Shown: one piece after another, positions 57,489 to 64,000 of the stretch | Position numbering within the stretch: position 1 is the first letter of the stretch | Layout: each line of letters begins with the position of its first letter | Assembly (NCBI GenBank): GCA_903865745.1 | Contig: CAIPKV010000012.1 | Location: 10,953 to 74,952 of the forward strand | Direction of reading: 5' to 3' | Length of the DNA stretch: 64,000 nt | From: an uncultured Verrucomicrobia subdivision 3 bacterium | GTDB taxonomy: Bacteria > Verrucomicrobiota > Verrucomicrobiia > Limisphaerales > UBA11358 | Notes under the pieces: generated by a model | Seen by the model: the letters and a program-made list of their open reading frames with translations, nothing else | What the model was told of the DNA's origin: nothing | Database searches by the model: none | Made by a program: the position numbers and the translations under genes

Positions 57489-57874
57489 ATACAGCAACGG
57501 AGCACGTAGTCTGGGTTTATTACTTCAGCACTTGATATGAAAGCACAACCCAGAACCAACCAAAGTCAGGCTGCCGGCAACCCCGGCGGCGACCAAGGAT
57601 GGCAACTGAGTTCCAAACGTGAAACTGCTTCTCCAAACATCAGGCGCGCATTTAACGTCGGCTTAATCCAGGACACGCCAGACTCGTCGCGTGAAGAAAG
57701 CGTCCGACGTTGTGCAACAATCTCTGTTGGCTGGCAACAAAGCGAACCACGCAGGGTGACCATCCAGGTTCTTCCGAACCATGGAGGTATTTCTGGCCAT
57801 CTTACCAATGCAACTCGTGGCAATCGCACCGCAGGCCAGACGGTGCGGTTGCCACACACCGAAGAAAGACAAAC

Positions 57875-58405
57875 ATGAAAATCATAAAAAACATCACACA
57901 ACTCACCCTCGCCATCGGGCTGGCGGCATCCATCCATCTCGCACAAGGCCAGCCTGGTCCGGGCGGCTTTGGTGGTCCTGGAGGACCACCCAACGGCGGC
58001 AAATTTCCAGTGCCTCCCATCATCAATGCACTGGATACGAATGGCGATGGCGTGATTGACTCCAACGAAATTGCCAATGCCAGTGCCGCGCTTTTGACGC
58101 TGGACAAGAACGGTGATGGCAAACTCAGCGCGGAGGAACTCAAGCCGCAGATGCCATCCGGCCGCAATGGGCAACAATTCACGCCACCAGACGGCGGCAA
58201 GTTTCCAACACTGCCCATCATGAAGGCGCTCGACACCAACGGCGACGGCGAACTTGACGCCAGCGAAATTGCCAATGCCCCTGCCGCACTCAAGACGCTC
58301 GACGCCAATGGCGATGGCCAACTGACTAGGGATGAATATATGCCTGCCCGTCCGAATGGATTTGGCGGGGCGGGTCCGGGTGGAATGCCGCCAGAAAATC
58401 AGTAG
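57875..58405 (+). CDS. Secreted EF-hand protein
   Basis: Signal peptide; four DxNGDGxI/L loops. Confidence 0.88.
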   Translation: MKIIKNITQLTLAIGLAASIHLAQGQPGPGGFGGPGGPPNGGKFPVPPIINALDTNGDGVIDSNEIANASAALLTLDKNGDGKLSAEELKPQMPSGRNGQQFTPPDGGKFPTLPIMKALDTNGDGELDASEIANAPAALKTLDANGDGQLTRDEYMPARPNGFGGAGPGGMPPENQ

Positions 58406-58532
58406 AAGTTTCGTTCCGGTTTCTGAAGGCGGCGGCGGCTGCAAACCTGCCGTCCGCCTTTCGGGAAGGATGCTGCAACCAAACGCAACCGCCAGTTTGA
58501 CGAACTATGACACCCCGAAAACACAACGTGCC

Positions 58533-61331
58533 ATGAAAACCTTTTTGGCATCACAACATCAGCAAGGATGCCTGCATAACCGTATTTTGAAAACGAGCGG
58601 CTTCATTGCCGTCAAAGCTTGCGATATTGTGCGTATTGCATTGCCGCCGAACCGGTGGCTGTGCATTTGTGCTCTCGTTGGCTTTGGTTGGTTGGTTGCC
58701 GCTTCTGTCGTTTTCGCGTCCGGATCTTCGATGAAAACATTGCCGGGACATGTTCCTGCGCTGACTACTCACTTGTCAGCCAAAGGAACTCTGCCCTCCA
58801 CCAATCGCCTGAATCTGGCCATTGGCCTGCCATTGCGGGACACGAAGGGACTGGATGATTATCTGTCCCAGATTTACGAACCGGCCAGCCCAAATTACCG
58901 GCAGTATTTGACGCCGGAACAATTCACGGAAAAATTCGGGCCGACCGAACAGGATTATCAGGCGGTCATTGATTATGCGAAACAGAGCGGCTTCAGAATT
59001 ATCGCCCGCCATGGCAACCGGCTTTTACTCGACGTGAATGGTTCGATTGCGGATATTCAAAAGGCGCTTCACGTTACTTTGCAGGTCTATCGACATCCAA
59101 CCGAAGCGCGCGACTTTTACGCGCCGGATGTCGAACCGTCGGTGGACGCCAATCTCCCGATTGCCGACATCAGCGGATTGAGCAACTATGGCTTGCCGCG
59201 CCCGAAAAACTTAAAAAAGCAATCGTCACTCGCGACGCCTCAATCAGGTTCAGGTTCCGGCGGCTCCTACTTGGGCAATGATTTTCGTGCCGCTTATCTT
59301 CCCGGAGTTTCTTTGACCGGTTCCGGCCAGATGGTCGGGCTGGTGCAGTTTGATGGCTATTACGCCAGCGACATATCCAGTTACGAAACAGCGGCAGGAT
59401 TGCCAGCGGTGCCCCTTCAAACGGTTTTGTTGGACGGTTACAGCGGCACGCCGACAACGGGAGCCAACAGCGGCAATGGGGAGGTTTCGCTCGACATCGA
59501 AATGGCGATCAGCATGGCACCGGGGCTTTCCAAGATTGTCGTCTTTGAGGCGGGGCCAAATGGAATTCCCAACGATGTTTTGAATGCCATGGCTGCGAGC
59601 AATAAAATCAGCCAATTGAGTTGTTCCTGGGGTTGGAGTGGCGGCCCCAGCACGACCACCGATAATATTTTCAAACAAATGGCCGCGCAAGGGCAGTCTT
59701 TCTTCAATGCTTCCGGTGACAGCGATGCTTTCACAACCGGCTCCAGTTCGACTAATGGTGTTGACAACACCTCGCTCCAAAATGAACCCTCCAGTTGTCC
59801 ATATATCACTGTTGTGGGCGGAACGACACTGACGACCACCGGTCCCGGCGGGTCGTGGTCTTCGGAAACCGTCTGGAACTGGGGATTGGACAATGGCAGT
59901 TATGTTGGCAGCAGCGGTGGCATCAGTTCTTACTATTCCATTCCCAGTTGGCAGACAAACGTGAGCATGGTCTCCAATGGCGGTTCGACTACTTATCGTA
60001 ATATCCCTGATGTGGCGCTGACCGCAGACAATGTCTATGTCCTATACGGCAATGGATCCAGCGCCACGTTTGGCGGAACGAGCTGTGCGACTCCCTTGTG
60101 GGCGGGACTGGCCGCTTTGATGAATCAACAGTCCGTGACAGCCGGAAGGTCAACCATCGGATTCGTCAATCCGGCCATTTATTCCCTCGGAAAAAGCACA
60201 AACTACAATGCGAGCTTCCATGACATCACAACCGGAAACAACATCTGGCCGAGCAGCCCAAATAATTTTTTTGCCGTAAGCGGCTACGACCTCTGCACCG
60301 GCTGGGGCACGCCAGCCGGACAAGGTCTGATCAACGCCATTGCAGGTTCGCCCGATCCGCTTGGAGTTTCGCCAGCAACAGGTTTTGCTTCCACCGGCAC
60401 GGCGGGCGGACCGTTTAACACGACTTCCGCCACTTTTCAATTGACCAACTACGGCGCAGCCTCTTTGACGTGGTCGATAATCAACACGTCGTCATGGCTT
60501 CAAGTTTCTTCAGCTGGCAGCATTCTGGCGACTGGCTCGTCAAGCGAAGTAACCGCTAATTTGACCGCTGCGGCCAACAATCTTGCCGTTGGCACCTATA
60601 GTTCCAGCCTCAAATTCACCAACTGGAATTCTCACGCCGTGCAAAGCGTTCCCTTTACATTGAGTGTGATGCAGTCGCTGGTGCTGAATGGCGGTTTTGA
60701 AACGGGCGATTTTACCGGTTGGACGTTGGTGGGCAACACCACCTCCAGAAGGACTGTCTATAACGCCGTGGAAAGTTCAGCCAATTATCCTTCAGTAGTT
60801 CATTCCGGAAGCTACGGCGCGTTTCTGGGTGACATTCAACTGGCAACCCTTTCGCAAACGCTGGCAACCGTTCCGGGAGAACAATATTTATTATCGCTCT
60901 GGCTTGATAATTCAACCAGCGGCTCTGTCCAAAAGTTTCAAGTTAATTGGAATGGCAATAATATTTACAGCATCACCAACCCGGCGGCGTTTTCATGGAC
61001 CAATCTGCAATTCATCGTCACCGCTGCAAGTTCCAGCACCGTCCTTCAATTCGGTGCGGAAAATGACCCTGCCTATTTTGGTTTGGATGACATCAGCGTG
61101 ACCCACATTCCAACGGTTGCATTCAAAACCACAACCCAAACAACTGGAACTTTTAACCTCACTTGGGCCACGGCCACGGGTTTGGTTTATCAAGTCCAAT
61201 ACAAAACGAATCTGCTTCAACCAAGTTGGCTCAATTTGACTAAAGCCATCACTGCAACCAATAGCACGCTGACCGTATCTGACAGCAGTTCTTCACCACA
61301 GCGATTTTATCGGCTTATCGTGGCACCATGA
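58533..61331 (+). CDS. S53 (sedolisin/kumamolisin) protease with propeptide, BACON-like and CBM-like domains
   Basis: EVSLDIE, ASGDS, GGTSCATP, GYDLCTGWGTP; C-terminal FYR domain; start uncertain. Confidence 0.9.
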   Translation: MKTFLASQHQQGCLHNRILKTSGFIAVKACDIVRIALPPNRWLCICALVGFGWLVAASVVFASGSSMKTLPGHVPALTTHLSAKGTLPSTNRLNLAIGLPLRDTKGLDDYLSQIYEPASPNYRQYLTPEQFTEKFGPTEQDYQAVIDYAKQSGFRIIARHGNRLLLDVNGSIADIQKALHVTLQVYRHPTEARDFYAPDVEPSVDANLPIADISGLSNYGLPRPKNLKKQSSLATPQSGSGSGGSYLGNDFRAAYLPGVSLTGSGQMVGLVQFDGYYASDISSYETAAGLPAVPLQTVLLDGYSGTPTTGANSGNGEVSLDIEMAISMAPGLSKIVVFEAGPNGIPNDVLNAMAASNKISQLSCSWGWSGGPSTTTDNIFKQMAAQGQSFFNASGDSDAFTTGSSSTNGVDNTSLQNEPSSCPYITVVGGTTLTTTGPGGSWSSETVWNWGLDNGSYVGSSGGISSYYSIPSWQTNVSMVSNGGSTTYRNIPDVALTADNVYVLYGNGSSATFGGTSCATPLWAGLAALMNQQSVTAGRSTIGFVNPAIYSLGKSTNYNASFHDITTGNNIWPSSPNNFFAVSGYDLCTGWGTPAGQGLINAIAGSPDPLGVSPATGFASTGTAGGPFNTTSATFQLTNYGAASLTWSIINTSSWLQVSSAGSILATGSSSEVTANLTAAANNLAVGTYSSSLKFTNWNSHAVQSVPFTLSVMQSLVLNGGFETGDFTGWTLVGNTTSRRTVYNAVESSANYPSVVHSGSYGAFLGDIQLATLSQTLATVPGEQYLLSLWLDNSTSGSVQKFQVNWNGNNIYSITNPAAFSWTNLQFIVTAASSSTVLQFGAENDPAYFGLDDISVTHIPTVAFKTTTQTTGTFNLTWATATGLVYQVQYKTNLLQPSWLNLTKAITATNSTLTVSDSSSSPQRFYRLIVAP

Positions 61332-61431
61332 TTTACCAAATCACATCGCTGCTTGATAGCGGTCGGTTTGGAATGAAGCTCATTCCAAAGAAATATGAGG
61401 TCGCAACGCAAAAGAGCACGACATAACGAGT

Positions 61432-61860
61432 ATGAATGAATTGATCGCGAAAAACCCGCCCGTCCGCCCGGCACCGGGAGGAAATTGTCCCATTGCGCCG
61501 AGAATTCTCTTCGCCGACGACGAGCCCGGGATTCGTTTCTTTTCTGAGATAGCGTTATCGCGCGCCGGCTACACCGTCACAACAGTGGCCGACGGTCAGG
61601 AAGCGTGGAAAGCGCTAGAAACAGAAACTTTTGATTTGCTGGTCACAGACAATCAGATGCCCTACCTCACTGGGCAGGAACTTGTGTTGAAGGTGCGACA
61701 GCACGGGCTGGAACTCCCCATCATCGTCGCAGCCTCGGACTTGGAATTCTTCCTCAACCCAGACAACGAATGGTTGCAGGTCGCCCAACTGCTGCAAAAA
61801 CCGTTCGACCTGCAACAACTGAAGGAGGCTGTGAATTGCTGCGTCCCAGTGGATCATTGA
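61432..61860 (+). CDS. Stand-alone response regulator receiver
   Basis: ILFADDE, LVTDNQMP, LQKPF. Confidence 0.88.
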   Translation: MNELIAKNPPVRPAPGGNCPIAPRILFADDEPGIRFFSEIALSRAGYTVTTVADGQEAWKALETETFDLLVTDNQMPYLTGQELVLKVRQHGLELPIIVAASDLEFFLNPDNEWLQVAQLLQKPFDLQQLKEAVNCCVPVDH

Positions 61861-62170
61861 ATTTAATATGCCAGCCAATCATTCCAACCCTAACCTGTCG
61901 ATTAAACCGCAACGTCCTGGTGTGATACGCCTCAAGCCGTTGCTCATAGTCCTATGCCTGCTCGCTGGAATCGCCTTGCTCGTGATCCTCCGATCCGGCC
62001 AGGAAAAGGCCGCCGTTCCGAAATCTCCAACCGGTGTTTCGACGCCAGCTTCAGAATCTCCAGAAAATTGGCCGCGCCCGCCGCGTTATCCGTTGACTGT
62101 TCAGAACCTCGTTCAAATCTCTGCCCCGATAAAAAGCCAAACAACAAGCTAACGTGATTCACACTTTTTT

Positions 62171-64000
62171 ATGAAAGCAAACCCGTCTCGTTTCGGTGCC
62201 GTCATCCTGTTTGGGACCCTGTTCGCCACCCACATCCTTCTCGCCCAAGGAACCGTTTTCACTTACCAAGGGCGGCTCAATGCCGGCGGCAATCCCGTAA
62301 CCGGCAATTACGATCTTGCCTTCGCGGTCTTCGACGCCGCCAGCGGCGGCAATCAAGTGGGCAACACACTGGCGGTTACGCCCACGACGGTCACCAACGG
62401 GTTGTTCATGGTGACACTGGATTTCGGCAGCGGCATTTTTCCCGGCGCGCAGCGCTGGCTTGAAATTGGCGTCCGCACCAACGGGAGCAGCGACGCCTAT
62501 GCCATCTTGTCTCCGAGACAGGCGGTGACCGCCACGCCTTACGCCATCACCGCCGCGAATGCCACCACCGCCACCACTGCGGCAAGCGTTTCGGGAACCA
62601 TCAGCGGCAGCCAGATTCAAAGCGGCACGGTCACCAGCACGCAACTAGCGTCGGGAACCGCTGCCGCCAATCTTGCCGCTTCAGGTCAAAGCGGCGTGGC
62701 TTCGGGCGGAATTGTCCTTTCGTCAGATGCCAACGCCACCAATCTGCTGAACAGCGGCTATGCAAAGATTGGTCAAACCGCATTGGGAGAGCTTTGGCAG
62801 ACTCTGGGTCAGGCAGTGGCACCCACACCACGTTACTACCAGACCGCAGTTTGGACGGGAACGGAATTGATCATCTGGGGCGGCTTCGATGGCACTAATT
62901 ATTTGAACACCGGACGTCGTTATAATCCGGCGCTCAATACTTGGTCCTCCGTCACGCCTTACGGCGCTCCCACCGCCCGGACCCGGCATACTGCCGTGTG
63001 GACCGGAAAAGAAATGATTATTTGGGGAGGGCAAAACGGAACAGATCAACTGAACGACGGCTGGCGTTACAATCCGTCCGCTGATTCATGGGCAACCATG
63101 TCTGTTAGCAATGCGCCCGCCGCGCGGCAAAATCATTCGGCCATCTGGACCGGCACGAACATGATTATTTGGGGCGGTTACGATGGCAGCAGCTGGCTCA
63201 AGACCGGGGCGAGTTACAACCCGACACTGGATCAATGGACACTTATTACCACAAACAACGCGCCTGCCGCGCGCGACGATCACACTGCGGTCTGGACCGG
63301 CACCGACATGATTGTCTGGGGTGGCTACAACGGCAGCAGCCGGTTCAACACGGGGGCGCGTTACAATCCATCCGCGAACACTTGGACAGCCATCTTGACG
63401 AATAGCGCGTTCGCTGCCCGGGAAAATCATACGGCGGTGTGGACTGGAAACAAAATGATCATCTGGGGAGGAAGTGCCGGCAGCACCCGGTTTAACACAG
63501 GCGCGAGCTATGACCCGGCCAGTGACAGTTGGACTGCCATTTTCACCAACAGCGCGCTCGCCGTGCGAGAGGAGCATTCCGCCGTCTGGACCGGCAGCAA
63601 GATGGTCATCTGGGGCGGCAGCAGCGGCAGCACGGAATACAATAATGGCGGAAGCTACGATCCTTCAACAGACAGTTGGACTATTGTCGCGACGAATAAC
63701 GCGCCGTCGGCGCGATATTTGCAAAGCATGGTTTGGACTGGCAGCCGGATGCTCGTCTGGGCCGGCTATGACGGAAACGTCGGGCTTGATGACGGTGGCA
63801 TTTACGACGTAACGAATAATATCTGGAACATGATGGCCTATTCCGCCCCCACTCCCCGCAACTCGCAAGTATCCGTCTGGACCGGCACCAACCTGCTCAT
63901 CTGGGGCGGCTACAACGGGAGTGCCTTAAGCAATGGCGCATCATATAATCTTGCGTCAGACACCTGGACGCCAATATCAACTTGGACGAATGTGCTTTCA
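62171..64000 (+). CDS. Secreted Kelch-repeat protein (runs off the window end)
   Basis: ATG at 62171, TVFTYQGRL...LDFG N-terminal domain, repeated HTAVWTG.EMIIWGG...YNP...W; not in the ORF track because no stop is in the window. Confidence 0.85.
   Translation, partial: MKANPSRFGAVILFGTLFATHILLAQGTVFTYQGRLNAGGNPVTGNYDLAFAVFDAASGGNQVGNTLAVTPTTVTNGLFMVTLDFGSGIFPGAQRWLEIGVRTNGSSDAYAILSPRQAVTATPYAITAANATTATTAASVSGTISGSQIQSGTVTSTQLASGTAAANLAASGQSGVASGGIVLSSDANATNLLNSGYAKIGQTALGELWQTLGQAVAPTPRYYQTAVWTGTELIIWGGFDGTNYLNTGRRYNPALNTWSSVTPYGAPTARTRHTAVWTGKEMIIWGGQNGTDQLNDGWRYNPSADSWATMSVSNAPAARQNHSAIWTGTNMIIWGGYDGSSWLKTGASYNPTLDQWTLITTNNAPAARDDHTAVWTGTDMIVWGGYNGSSRFNTGARYNPSANTWTAILTNSAFAARENHTAVWTGNKMIIWGGSAGSTRFNTGASYDPASDSWTAIFTNSALAVREEHSAVWTGSKMVIWGGSSGSTEYNNGGSYDPSTDSWTIVATNNAPSARYLQSMVWTGSRMLVWAGYDGNVGLDDGGIYDVTNNIWNMMAYSAPTPRNSQVSVWTGTNLLIWGGYNGSALSNGASYNLASDTWTPISTWTNVLS

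Larger units (their letters stand above)
15236..64000. mobile_element. Large integrative mobilisable element/genomic island at tRNA-Thr; right end not in the window
   Basis: tRNA fragment, integrase, relaxase/MobC, primase-helicase, RadC and defence cargo; no second att copy found by eye, so the right boundary is inferred. Confidence 0.7.

Overview
Window from a bacterium that looks like Verrucomicrobiota (Pedosphaera/Limisphaerales-like). This is an inference from protein styles. Only about 1-3.3 kb and 12.8-15.2 kb look like core chromosome; the rest is two tRNA-integrated elements. Element 1 (~8.6 kb, 4138-12754) sits in the 3' end of tRNA-Leu(TAG). It has a 29-bp att repeat, paired TGTGCAA arm sites, an integrase, two excisionase-like HTH paralogues, and RhuM and NHL cargo. 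Element 2 starts at a displaced 3' half of tRNA-Thr(TGT) (15236-15281) and probably runs past the window end. It carries an integrase, relaxase/MobC/oriT (no T4SS seen), an AEP-primase/RecD-helicase fusion, DinB and a NADAR fusion. It also carries a defence cluster (MmeI-like RM, HEPN, NERD, two PD-(D/E)xK proteins), an RHS locus, IS1182, RadC, a LytS/LytTR system with three predicted 21-bp-period boxes, and secreted proteins. The most unusual signals lie in the 16.6-25.1 kb backbone: (i) a 45-nt armless tRNA-like minihelix ending in CCA 2 nt before a start codon; (ii) a 21/24-nt antisense match between that RNA and the region abutting the Shine-Dalgarno of a gene 4 kb downstream; (iii) three otherwise dissimilar small proteins all ending in FDPFDL-stop; and (iv) three ~35-40-bp repeats centred on the palindrome ACCACATGTGGT, two direct and one inverted. 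All calls come from reading the sequence by eye; no database searches were run.
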